Below are positions 1 to 8,850 of a stretch of 64,000 bases of DNA, one piece after another. Numbering within the stretch: position 1 is the first letter of the stretch; each line of letters opens with the position of its first letter. The stretch comes from an uncultured Pseudomonadales bacterium (GTDB lineage Bacteria; Patescibacteriota; Microgenomatia; UBA1400; PJMF01): contig CAZWWE010000001.1 in the NCBI GenBank assembly GCA_964637295.1, positions 20,327 to 84,326 of the forward strand. The letters are read 5' to 3'. The notes under the pieces were generated by a model that was given only the letters and a program-made list of their open reading frames with translations, was not told the DNA's origin and searched no databases. Made by a program: the position numbers and the translations under genes.

Positions 1-173
1 AAGGCCAACATCAAAATGCGAGTTGGGGCACACAAATTCGCAATTATGTGCTTCACCCCTATCAATTAATTAAGGATACTCGTACTCAAGTTGAAACCAG
101 TCAAAGCGAAGCAGTTTTAGACGGAGATCTGGACCAATTTGTCTTGAGTTTTATTCGTTCTAGAAAAAACTAG
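1..173 (+). CDS. prfB: Peptide chain release factor 2, 3' end (partial at window edge)
   Basis: Frame from nt 3 reads [28 protein letters not shown]...VLDGDLDQF, the RF2 C-terminal signature; TAG at 171-173. Not in the ORF track. Confidence 0.92.
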   Translation, partial: GQHQNASWGTQIRNYVLHPYQLIKDTRTQVETSQSEAVLDGDLDQFVLSFIRSRKN

Positions 174-200
174 TTATTTTAAGTTAGAATAAAAGGACCT

Positions 201-794
201 ATGTATAAAATGAATTTGCAAAACGAAGAAAATCAAACAGCCGACCAAGAGATCTTGAGTCGCTTGGCAAACGAAAAAGGAGTTTTGGAAAACGAACAGA
301 ACGTTGACGAATTTTCCAATTTGCGTCAAAATCAAGATCTTATGACCAAACAAGCTAAAAAAACCTTTGTTATTATCTGTGCGGTTGCACTCATTGCCGG
401 TACTTTGACCGGACTAGGTGCTTTCAAATTAAAAAACAAAAATACCAATCAACTTGCTTCGGTAGAAAATATTACAGTAGAAAATGCAAACCAAGTCAAA
501 AATGGTGATGTTTTTGGCGTCCAAGATAAAGACACTTTTGCAGATAACGCCACTGGCTACATCGAAGCAGGAGGCATTGATGGTGAAGGCTCTCATAAGT
601 TATTGAGAGAGGGAGGCGCCAGTCAAACCGTTGCTCTGACCTCATCAGTGGTTGATTTGGATAAATTAGTTGGTTTTGAAGTTAAGCTTTATGGTGAAAC
701 TCACAAAGCGGAAAAAGCGGGCTGGTTCATGGATGTTGGTCGAGTCGAAGTCATCAACACGCAGGCAGAAGCTCCTATTCAAACTTTAGACTAA
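201..794 (+). CDS. Hypothetical single-pass membrane protein
   Basis: 197-aa ORF with one hydrophobic segment (FVIICAVALIAGTLTGLGAF) and a globular C-terminus. Confidence 0.7.
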   Translation: MYKMNLQNEENQTADQEILSRLANEKGVLENEQNVDEFSNLRQNQDLMTKQAKKTFVIICAVALIAGTLTGLGAFKLKNKNTNQLASVENITVENANQVKNGDVFGVQDKDTFADNATGYIEAGGIDGEGSHKLLREGGASQTVALTSSVVDLDKLVGFEVKLYGETHKAEKAGWFMDVGRVEVINTQAEAPIQTLD

Positions 795-813
795 ACATGC
801 TTAAATAGACTTC

Positions 814-1602
814 ATGCCCATGATTGTTTTTAAAACTGTCAATAAGTTTTTTGCTGATCAGCCCACCGCCATTGTTGATTTCGACTTGGAAATTGAAGAC
901 GGAGAGTTGGTGGTAATCACTGGTCCCTCTGGCGCGGGCAAAACTACCTTAATGAAATTGTTAATTAGAGAATATTTGCCCACTAGCGGCGAAATTACTT
1001 TTGCCAATTGGCAATTAAATCAGCTCAAAAACTCGCAAGTTCCTGAGTTGCGTCGACAAATCGGCGTCGTTTTTCAAGATTACAAATTAATTGAAGACAT
1101 GAACGTTTGGGAAAATATTGCCCTACCTCTTTATATTAGCGGTAAAAAAGAAGCAGAAATCGAATCAAGAGTCACTGATTTGTTAAATCTAATCGGCTTA
1201 GCTGACAAAGCTCTCAATTTCCCCAAACAGCTTTCTGGCGGAGAAGCTCAACGAGTGAGTATTGCCAGAGCTTTAGCCGTAGCCCCCAAAGTAATTTTTG
1301 CCGATGAACCGACCGGCAACTTAGATAAAGATGCCACTTTGAAAATTACTAGGCTTTTGAAAAAAATCAACGAATTGGGGACCACTTTGCTTTTTGCTAC
1401 TCATGATCAATTAGTTTTAGACGAATTGAAAAATCACAAAATAGTTCACTTAGAAAAACCAGAGAAAAAAGTAGATAAAGTAGAAAAAGACAAAGATCAC
1501 GAAGCTGAGAAAACCAATCCTGCTCATAAAATTGAGTTAAAAAAAACTAAAAAAGAATCAGCCAAGCAAAACAAAGCTAAGGAAAAAAATGAAAGCACTT
1601 AA
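814..1602 (+). CDS. ftsE: Cell division ABC ATPase FtsE with Lys/Glu-rich C-terminal tail
   Basis: GPSGAGKT Walker A, LRRQIGVVFQDYKL, LSGGEAQR, ADEPTGNLD; directly upstream of ftsX. Confidence 0.92.
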   Translation: MPMIVFKTVNKFFADQPTAIVDFDLEIEDGELVVITGPSGAGKTTLMKLLIREYLPTSGEITFANWQLNQLKNSQVPELRRQIGVVFQDYKLIEDMNVWENIALPLYISGKKEAEIESRVTDLLNLIGLADKALNFPKQLSGGEAQRVSIARALAVAPKVIFADEPTGNLDKDATLKITRLLKKINELGTTLLFATHDQLVLDELKNHKIVHLEKPEKKVDKVEKDKDHEAEKTNPAHKIELKKTKKESAKQNKAKEKNEST

Positions 1603-2458
1603 TTCTGCCCTTGTTGCCATTCGTCGCTCACCTTATCAGAGTACTTTGACGATTTCGATGCTCACCATCACTTTTTTTGTAGCCTATTGTTTTGCCTTAC
1701 TAAGTATTGGCAGCGAGAAAATTTTATCTTTTTTTGAAACTCAGCCTCAGGTCATCGCTTTTTTGAAGCTCGAAGCTAAAACTGAAGATGCAGAGCGCAT
1801 TAGCCAAAATATGCAAACAAAAGCCTATGTCAAAGAAGTGAAGGTGGTTACTCAGGAAGAAGCTCTACAACTTTATCAACAAGAAAACCAAGATGACCCA
1901 CTTTTACTCGAATTAGTGACTGAGGAAATTTTGCCCGCCAGCGTGGAAGTTGCCGCCAAAGATGCTAAAAGTTTAGATGCAATTAAAAACGACCTGCGAG
2001 CAGAAAGCATGGTTGAAGACGTAGCCTTACAAGAAGACGTCATCAATAATCTAGTACGTTGGACTAACGCCATGCGTTTGATCGGTCTGTTTTTATTAAG
2101 CGCTCTGACCTTAACTTCTTTTTTTATGATTATGACCACTATCTCCATGAAAATTTCTGCTAAACGCAAGAATATTCAAATTATGAAATTTGTGGGTGCA
2201 TCCAACACTTATGTCAGTCGTCCCTATTTATTGGAAGCCATGGTTATCAGCAGCGTCGCCAACGTGATGGCTTTTGCAATTTATGGAGCGGCAATTCTTT
2301 ACCTTAATCCTTGGCTAGAAAACTTTTTAAATGGTGTAATCTCATTACCATTGCCTTGGCAGTTTTTTGCATATCAATTTGCTGCTGGATTTGGATTAGC
2401 CATACTGCTTGGTCTGATTGCCAGTCAAAGTGCTGTCGCGCGCATGTTAAAAAAATAA
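1589..2458 (+). CDS. ftsX: Cell division permease FtsX
   Basis: Four TM segments, LPAS extracellular motif, IQIMKFVGA..YV.RPYLLE; overlaps ftsE. Confidence 0.9.
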   Translation: MKALNSALVAIRRSPYQSTLTISMLTITFFVAYCFALLSIGSEKILSFFETQPQVIAFLKLEAKTEDAERISQNMQTKAYVKEVKVVTQEEALQLYQQENQDDPLLLELVTEEILPASVEVAAKDAKSLDAIKNDLRAESMVEDVALQEDVINNLVRWTNAMRLIGLFLLSALTLTSFFMIMTTISMKISAKRKNIQIMKFVGASNTYVSRPYLLEAMVISSVANVMAFAIYGAAILYLNPWLENFLNGVISLPLPWQFFAYQFAAGFGLAILLGLIASQSAVARMLKK

Positions 2459-2461
2459 ACC

Positions 2462-3640
2462 ATGAGAAGATTTTTAAGCCTTCTGCTCCTCTCACTAGCG
2501 TTTTTGTTATCTAATTCTAGTCTGGCTTTGGCTGAGGATTGTGATAAAAGATATGATTGTGATGAAAAAAAAGATAACTATGAGAGTTGTCTGGAAAGCT
2601 TGGAAAATTGTTGGCAAACCAAAGTTAATCAAGTTCAATCAGAAGCAAATACTCTTCAATCTGCAATCAATATTTTGAATGGTCAAATTCGTTTGCAAAG
2701 CATTAAAGTTCAGCAAACCGTTGCTGAAATTAATAGCTTGGAAAGAGAAATCACGGAATTATCCGAAAGAATTGAAGGTTTAGGTATTTCCTTAAATCGC
2801 CTTAGCGAAATTTTGATTAAAAGAATTCGGGCAAATTACAAACAAAGTCGCCTGCCCTACAAAAATAACATCTTTGCCTCAGATTCCTTCAATGATTTCA
2901 TTAGCCAACATCGTTACTTAGATTTAGCTCAAGATCAAACACTTGACTTGATGAAAAAAACTGAGCTACAACGTCTTACTTATAATCAACAAAAAGAACT
3001 TAAAGAAACTAAACAACAAACAGTAGAAAAGAAAAGACAAGATTTGCAAAGTCAAAAAAATGTTCTTGATTCTCAAAAAGCAAGTAAAGATAGTTTGCTA
3101 CGAGAGACAAAAAATAGTGAAGCTGTCTATCAACAAAAATTAGCTGAAGCGCGAGCAGAATTAAATGCTATCAGAAATATCGTGGCTGGTTTAGGTACTG
3201 AGACAAAAGTGGGAGAGATAAAAAAGGGCGATAGAATCGCTGCAGTAATTCAAGGAAAATCAGCCTGTTCGACCGGCACGCACCTACATTTCGAAGTTGC
3301 TCAAAGTGGCGCTCGTCGCAATCCATTCGATCTATTAAAGAATATAAGTCTTAAATGGGACAATATTGATCCATCTAAAAATGGCACTGGCGATTGGAAT
3401 TGGCCACTTAATGATCCAATCCGCGTCACTCAAGATTATGGTCATACCTCATATTCACGTCGCTATGCCAATGACATCCACACTGGCATAGATATTGTCA
3501 GTACTAATGCCATTGTAAAAGCTGTTGAAGATGGAGAACTATATAGAGGCAGTATGGCCTGTGGAGGAGGTGTCTTAAAGTACGTCAGAGTCAAACAAAA
3601 AGATAATTTTGACACTTATTATTTACACGTTAATTATTAA
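2462..3640 (+). CDS. Secreted coiled-coil M23 peptidase-domain protein (EnvC/PcsB-like FtsEX partner)
   Basis: Signal peptide, long coiled coil, STGTHLHFEV and HTGIDI motifs; follows ftsEX. Confidence 0.85.
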   Translation: MRRFLSLLLLSLAFLLSNSSLALAEDCDKRYDCDEKKDNYESCLESLENCWQTKVNQVQSEANTLQSAINILNGQIRLQSIKVQQTVAEINSLEREITELSERIEGLGISLNRLSEILIKRIRANYKQSRLPYKNNIFASDSFNDFISQHRYLDLAQDQTLDLMKKTELQRLTYNQQKELKETKQQTVEKKRQDLQSQKNVLDSQKASKDSLLRETKNSEAVYQQKLAEARAELNAIRNIVAGLGTETKVGEIKKGDRIAAVIQGKSACSTGTHLHFEVAQSGARRNPFDLLKNISLKWDNIDPSKNGTGDWNWPLNDPIRVTQDYGHTSYSRRYANDIHTGIDIVSTNAIVKAVEDGELYRGSMACGGGVLKYVRVKQKDNFDTYYLHVNY

Positions 3641-3682
3641 GCTAATCTAGTCAAAAACTAAAAATTTGCTAATATATTACCC

Positions 3683-3988
3683 ATGTCGCAAAGCAAACCC
3701 CAATACCTTGATCAAGCATTTGACGAGGAACTCAAAAAATTATAAAAAATTTTCATCAAAAAACACAAAGATTACGGCAAAGACAATATTTTGGATAATG
3801 GCGAATTAGGCATTATTTTTCGTATTAACGACAAATTACGTCGTTTGCAAAATTTAGCTAGCAAAGGCAGTGAGCCAGAGAATGAAAGTTGCTATGAAAA
3901 TTGGCAAGATATTGCCGTTTACGCAGTTATTGCTTTATTACTACGAGATGGACGCTTTAAAGATTTGGACCTAGATCCACAAAAATAG
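3683..3988 (+). pseudogene. DUF1599-like (nucleotide-modification-associated) small protein with an in-frame TAA
   Basis: ATG 3683 MSQSKPQYLDQAFDEELKKL*KIFIKKHKDYGKDN...RINDKLRRL...DIAVYA; stop at 3743-3745 is in frame with the 3791 ORF. Confidence 0.65.
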
Positions 3989-4861
3989 CTAAATTAACTC
4001 GCTATTTTCTTCTTTGGAAACTTCTTTTTTCGATCGCTCCAACACATAGATATCTTGGTGGTAATCATTCTCACCAACAAATTCTGCTTTACCTTGAATA
4101 ATTTTTTCAAAAGGTCGACAAGCAAAGCATCCGGCTTCTCCGTGGGGACATTTGAAACGCTCCAGTTGGCGAGCTAATTTCATTTCTTTGGCAATTTTTA
4201 AAATCTGAGCATGAGCAGTTGCTAAATCAGGCAAAGTTTTTTCAACTATTTTGCCCGTTTCCAGATACCAATAGCTAGCTTTACTAACTTGGCGATGCTG
4301 ACAGTTGTGTACCAAAAGATGATAAATTGGCAACTGCAGGGAGCTTTCATTTTCTTCATTTTTACTGGTTTTAAAATCAATAATATTGACCCCGTCATTC
4401 TCCTTGAGATATTCCAACCAATCAATTTTGCCACAAAGAATAATGCCCTCTTCTTCGGACAACCAGTAGTGTGGCAATTCTTCTTTGATTTTGACTGCTA
4501 AATTTGCTAAAGGACCTGGCTGATCCATCACTTTTTGCAGCATGGCTCGGCCTCTTTCTAGATATAAGGCTTCAACTTCTTGATTAAAAAAACCGCCTTT
4601 TTTTCCAGCAAGCTTTTGCCAGTGACGGTCAAGCTTGACGATTAAAGACTCTTTGAAACGCTCTGGACCAGTTAAAACCGATAAAGATTCCAAAACACTA
4701 TGCACCGCTTGACCCAAAGCCAAGGGAGGCGACATTAGCTGAATTTTGTGACGAGTTTTGGGATCCTTGTAAACATTCTTGAGATAATAGGCGCGTGGAC
4801 ATTGTAAAAAATCGCTAATCGAAGTGTGAGAAACCCAAACTGCAGTGTATTGATCAGGCAT
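3989..4861 (-). CDS. PD-(D/E)XK nuclease (RecB/AddB/Cas4-like) with 4-Cys Fe-S motif
   Basis: S..DFLQCPR, GQAVHSVLE, GKID, IIDFKT, QL..Y, and C-terminal CPHGEAGCFAC. Confidence 0.85.
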   Translation of the reverse strand: MPDQYTAVWVSHTSISDFLQCPRAYYLKNVYKDPKTRHKIQLMSPPLALGQAVHSVLESLSVLTGPERFKESLIVKLDRHWQKLAGKKGGFFNQEVEALYLERGRAMLQKVMDQPGPLANLAVKIKEELPHYWLSEEEGIILCGKIDWLEYLKENDGVNIIDFKTSKNEENESSLQLPIYHLLVHNCQHRQVSKASYWYLETGKIVEKTLPDLATAHAQILKIAKEMKLARQLERFKCPHGEAGCFACRPFEKIIQGKAEFVGENDYHQDIYVLERSKKEVSKEENSELI

Positions 4862-4909
4862 AGACTTACATTTTACTACATTTTGCTGGTTTTCTTGCTA
4901 TAATCTACT

Positions 4910-5074
4910 GAGAATCGGGCACCTTAATATAGTCACACTCAACAAAAATTGTTTCTCCCTCAAAAAAACAGTTTTTGTTTTGCTCAGTGAAGTCGCTGTT
5001 AAAATACATAATTATGTATTAAACTTGTTTAATCAGAGCTCCTTCAATGGACTATATTAAGATGCCCAATTCTC
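4910..5074. other. 165-nt intergenic element closed by a 25-bp inverted repeat (candidate ncRNA or MITE)
   Basis: 4910-4934 GAGAATCGGGCACCTTAATATAGTC pairs with 5050-5074 (23/25); internal hairpins; TGCTATAAT just upstream. Confidence 0.6.
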
Positions 5075-5089
5075 TAATAAAAAAAGTTT

Positions 5090-6808
5090 ATGTCAGACAC
5101 CACTACTCCCACTGAAAATGTCCCCACTCCTCAATTAAATCAGGTCCTTAAAGAAGAAAAAGTCGTGGAACTCAAAGAGTTGTCGACTTATGCTAAAGAA
5201 TATACTAGACAATACCAAATGGATTGGGAATATCATCATCGAGCCATTATTTCTCCCCTAGAAGTTGACGAATTGGCTTCAAAAATTGCCGCCGCTTATG
5301 AAAAAGTGCGCAAGGTGATCGATTGGAAAGAAGAAAATTTATTGCGTCGTGGTGCCATTGAACGTATTCTTAAGCGTCGCTTAGTTTCTGAGCTCTACGG
5401 AATTAGCATTTTACCAAATCTTAATGCTCAAGAAATGGCTGAGCCCATGATTCTAGAGCTGATGCGCAGCGGCTATTTTGATAACGGTAAAATTGCTAAA
5501 AAACAAATTAAAGAAATTGAGAATATTTTAAACAAATACATTCGCATTTTAGATAGTTCTCGTTTTCCTAAAGCGATCAATAAAAAACACGTTAAAAATA
5601 AAATGGAGTTTTATACTTGGATGTTGGAAATCGCTGCTTGTGAAATTGAGGAAGTACTTGCCCCAGCTTTTAAGGAAAATGCTTTACTCAATTTGATGAC
5701 CAACGTCATTTTCGAGCGCAATCGCATTTTACCAACCGATCGTCTCAGTGCGCTAGACAGATTAGTGCAGACTTACATTGCTTGCATGCGTACTTTATAT
5801 AATTTTGATGATCCCATTATTTCCTATAATGTGATTAAAATTCGTTTTCCTTTTTGGGTTGAGGAAACTGAAGTCAGCATCAATCAAGTCATCGATCAAG
5901 TTCATGACATTCGCCAACAAATTGAAACTGACCTTAACAACGAAGATGGTAAACAATTTTTTAAATTGGCTGGCAAATATGATGCTGCCTATCGTATCAT
6001 CGGCGACGTTTTGGATCAAATTAATAGTACGCCCGCCATCGTCAAAGAAAAATTGGCCAATCCAGATCAATTAAAAAAAATGGTTGAAGAAGTTTATTTT
6101 AAGCGCAAAGCTAGTCTAAAAGGTCGTTTGTTTCGCAGCGCGATTTATTCTACTCTGTCTATTTTTGTGGCCGGCATTGCTAGTTTCATTATTTTTGAAG
6201 GACCAGTGGCCAGATTGGCTGGTTTAGATTTTAGTTGGCTGGCTCTATTCATTGACTTATTAATTCCTAGTTTAGTAATGTTTCTATTGGTTATTTTTAT
6301 TCGTCCACCTAAAGATCAAAACTTAAGAATTGTGCAAAAAGAAATTGCCAAAATTATTTATCAACAAAACAGCGAAGATGTCTACGAAATTGATTTCCGT
6401 CGTCAAAAAAATAAAATTTTAAACGGCATTTTCTTCGGCATTTCAGTTTTGTGTGGTGCAATGAGCATGTGGTTCATTTTTTGGTTATTTGAAATCGGTA
6501 AAGTACCTTGGACTTCGATGTATATTGACACCGTCAATGTAGCCATGGTGGTCTTTGCTGCTATGGCTATCAAACAAAAATCCAAAGAAATTACTATTGA
6601 GGATCACGGCAATTTTATCGAATTTTTGCTAGAGTTGTTTTCTATTCCTCTAGCTAAAATTGGCCAATGGTTTTCTGCTAAATGGAAAAAATACAATATA
6701 TTTTCAGCACTTTTTACGGCTGTGGTTGATCTACCATTTTCTGCTTTAATTCGTATTGTCGAAGACTGGCGCAATTTCTTGAAAGAACGTAGCTCAGAAA
6801 TGCATTGA
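5090..6808 (+). CDS. Hypothetical membrane protein (soluble helical N-terminus, about 4 C-terminal TM segments)
   Basis: 572-aa ORF; hydrophobic segments in the C-terminal part. Confidence 0.75.
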   Translation: MSDTTTPTENVPTPQLNQVLKEEKVVELKELSTYAKEYTRQYQMDWEYHHRAIISPLEVDELASKIAAAYEKVRKVIDWKEENLLRRGAIERILKRRLVSELYGISILPNLNAQEMAEPMILELMRSGYFDNGKIAKKQIKEIENILNKYIRILDSSRFPKAINKKHVKNKMEFYTWMLEIAACEIEEVLAPAFKENALLNLMTNVIFERNRILPTDRLSALDRLVQTYIACMRTLYNFDDPIISYNVIKIRFPFWVEETEVSINQVIDQVHDIRQQIETDLNNEDGKQFFKLAGKYDAAYRIIGDVLDQINSTPAIVKEKLANPDQLKKMVEEVYFKRKASLKGRLFRSAIYSTLSIFVAGIASFIIFEGPVARLAGLDFSWLALFIDLLIPSLVMFLLVIFIRPPKDQNLRIVQKEIAKIIYQQNSEDVYEIDFRRQKNKILNGIFFGISVLCGAMSMWFIFWLFEIGKVPWTSMYIDTVNVAMVVFAAMAIKQKSKEITIEDHGNFIEFLLELFSIPLAKIGQWFSAKWKKYNIFSALFTAVVDLPFSALIRIVEDWRNFLKERSSEMH

Positions 6809-6841
6809 GCCCTTTTATTTTGATGAGAAAGAGCAGTTTTC

Positions 6842-6850
6842 TGTTATAAT
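6842..6850 (+). promoter_or_regulatory. Extended -10 promoter for tRNA-Ser(GCT)
   Basis: TGTTATAAT about 20 nt upstream of the tRNA. Confidence 0.6.
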
Positions 6851-6869
6851 CACCTAGTATTTTTAACAA

Positions 6870-6954
6870 GGAGGCATCGCATAGTGGCCAATTGCACAGG
6901 TTTGCTAAACCTGACCCCTTTTGGGGTTCCTGGGTTCAAATCCCAGTGCCTCCG
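6870..6954 (+). tRNA. tRNA-Ser(GCT)
   Basis: Acceptor GGAGGCA/TGCCTCC, G73, anticodon arm CAGGT-TTGCTAA-ACCTG, long variable arm, T-arm CTGGG-TTCAAAT-CCCAG; CCA not encoded. Confidence 0.97.
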
Positions 6955-7054
6955 CAACAATCGAAAAGTTCTGATAGACCCGTCTAATACCCTCAAATGG
7001 GTTGATGGGGCTTGCTAAATTTTCCTGATTTGAACATTTTTTAGTTTAACAGCC
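6955..7054 (+). repeat. Repeat A copy 1 (100-bp cassette left end)
   Basis: CAACAATCGAAAAGTTCTGATAGACCCGTCTAATAC...GGGTTGATGGGGCTTGCTAA...GAACATTTTT...AACAGCC, directly after tRNA G73. Confidence 0.95.
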
Positions 7055-7132
7055 GTGTAAGTGAGAAAAAATAAATTATTGACATTTATCTCACTTTATT
7101 TACCATTTTTAATAAAAGGAAGTAAATAATTT

Positions 7133-7579
7133 ATGAAAATTGCAGTAGTATTCTCAACGCTATCTGGAACCACATTATTAATTTCAGAAAATATTGTGAG
7201 TTACTTAAAAGATAGCAACCATAAAGTAAAATTATTTGATGCCATGAGTGTAGATCCGGATGATTTAAAAGACTATGATTTAGTTTTTTTTGGAAGTTCT
7301 ACCTATGGCAATGGCGATTTAAATCCTATTACAGAGTTATTTCTTTCCACAGCAGATTCACAGAGGCATAATTGCAATAATACACGTTTTGCTTTTTTTT
7401 CACTTGGAGACTCCAGTTACCCAAATTTTTCTACAAGTGGTCAATTAAGTAGTGAAAAAATTTCATCAATGAATGGTAATGTTCTTAAACCAATTTTTAA
7501 GATTGATGGATACCCGAATGAGGATACTTTTAAAGGAGTAAGAGAATGGGTTGAAAGTATTATTGAACAACTTAAATAA
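7133..7579 (+). CDS. Flavodoxin
   Basis: STLSGTT FMN loop, FGSSTYGNGDL, FSLGDSSYPNF. Confidence 0.92.
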   Translation: MKIAVVFSTLSGTTLLISENIVSYLKDSNHKVKLFDAMSVDPDDLKDYDLVFFGSSTYGNGDLNPITELFLSTADSQRHNCNNTRFAFFSLGDSSYPNFSTSGQLSSEKISSMNGNVLKPIFKIDGYPNEDTFKGVREWVESIIEQLK

Positions 7580-7607
7580 ATATAATGTGAGTGATAAAAT
7601 CACAACT

Positions 7608-7937
7608 ATGACAGAACCAATCAGTACTCTCACAACTCACCCTCACAAGACTGCCACATTAGTCTCTTATCAAGAAGGATCAGTTGTTAGCCGAGAGATT
7701 GTGAGAACCCCCAAAACTACCATTACCGCATTTGCCTTTGCCAAAGGACAGGGATTGAGTGAACACACCACCCCTTTTACTGCTTTTGTGCAAATACTAG
7801 AGGGGGAAGCAACTATTTCAGTAAATGGAAAAGCTCATCTGGTAAAAGAAGGTGAAGCACTTATCATGCCGGCAAATTCCCCTCACGCATTAAAGGCAAC
7901 CCAGCAATTCAAAATGTTGCTTACTATGATTAAGTAA
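7608..7937 (+). CDS. Cupin domain protein
   Basis: YQEGSVVSREI, FAFAKGQGLSEHTTPF, MPANSPHAL; ATG 7608 preferred over the ORF-track start. Confidence 0.88.
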   Translation: MTEPISTLTTHPHKTATLVSYQEGSVVSREIVRTPKTTITAFAFAKGQGLSEHTTPFTAFVQILEGEATISVNGKAHLVKEGEALIMPANSPHALKATQQFKMLLTMIK

Positions 7938-8018
7938 GATTGCTAAATAAATTTTCACTGTAGGCGAGTTTAGTTGCACAGATGTTGATAAGTAATAAAA
8001 ATTTTTATTACAACGCAT

Positions 8019-8381
8019 ATGATGAAAAACCTTATTGTTAGACGTATTTATGATGACTTTAGTGAGAACAATTACCATCGAATCTTGGTAGATCGGTTTT
8101 GGCCTCGAGGTATTAGCAAAAAAGACGTTTGTATTGATAGATGGGAGAAGGAAATTGCCCCACCGCGAGAGTTGGTTGTTTGGTTTCATCAAGACAAAGA
8201 GAAAAGGTTTGAAGAATTTGAAAAAAAGTATACAACTTATTTAGAAGACCATGCTAATTTAGTTGCGGATATAACTCGTAGAGAGGGAGGTGTGGCTCTA
8301 ATAACTGCTGTTAAAGATATAGAACACTCCCATATTCCGTCTTTGCTGCGATACATTAAAAACATGCATAATCTTTATTAG
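8019..8381 (+). CDS. DUF488 (YeaO-like) protein
   Basis: RRIYD...RILVDRFWPRGISK...W.KEIAP..EL..WFH. Confidence 0.9.
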   Translation: MMKNLIVRRIYDDFSENNYHRILVDRFWPRGISKKDVCIDRWEKEIAPPRELVVWFHQDKEKRFEEFEKKYTTYLEDHANLVADITRREGGVALITAVKDIEHSHIPSLLRYIKNMHNLY

Positions 8382-8619
8382 TGTCATTTACTAACTTGCA
8401 AAGTATGCTCTTCTCAAAATTATTTACTCGCACTGATGGTAGTTATAATTATTCTGACTAGTTCTTTAGCAATGTACTTTTAATCCATAAGAACAGAAAT
8501 TATTGTTGATCTAAATATAACCAACGCTGTCAGCCATTTTTCTTTAGAGGTTATCATTAAAGTGCTTGCACAAATTCCTATTATAAAAAGACAAGCTATT
8601 TCTTACTCAAATTTTAATG

Positions 8620-8711
8620 CTTCGCAAGGTCAGAAAATGAGCTAAAATGGCTCTTAGACCTATAACTACTTGAGGTAAATGTCGTGCGGTACAAATCCCT
8701 TCGTCCCCGCA
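8620..8711 (+). repeat. Repeat B copy 1 (cassette right end) plus degenerate tRNA 3' fragment
   Basis: CTTCGCAAGGTC...GAGCTAAAATGGCTCTTAGACCTATAACTACTTGAGGTAAATGT followed by GCGGTACAAATCCCTTCGTCCCCGCA. Confidence 0.92.
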
Positions 8712-8809
8712 TCAATCGAAAAGTTCTGACAGACCCGTCTAATACCGCTAAATGGGTTGATGGGGCTTGCTAAAATTGCTCGGTTTGAACATTTTTCGTT
8801 TCAACAGCC
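8710..8809 (+). repeat. Repeat A copy 2
   Basis: 100-bp match to 6955-7054. Confidence 0.95.
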
Positions 8810-8850
8810 TCGTAAGGTGTGGCAAATGCAGTTACAAGGATAATTTCTTT

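Noticed and set aside
3989-4861. Cas4 of a CRISPR-Cas system
   Set aside because: Stand-alone PD-(D/E)XK Fe-S nuclease with no cas1/cas2 or array nearby
8400-8620. Possible gene between DUF488 and repeat B
   Set aside because: Only short interrupted hydrophobic frames with no recognisable family; at most an unidentifiable remnant
8686-8711. Additional tRNA genes at 8686, 12639, 13711, 15070 and 34378
   Set aside because: Only degenerate T-arm/acceptor 3' halves are present, with no D arm, anticodon arm or matching 5' acceptor strand
8620-8809. Classical integron attC sites
   Set aside because: No RYYYAAC...GTTRRRY-bounded palindrome and no intI; cargo is multi-gene and in either orientation; junctions contain tRNA-3'-like cores instead
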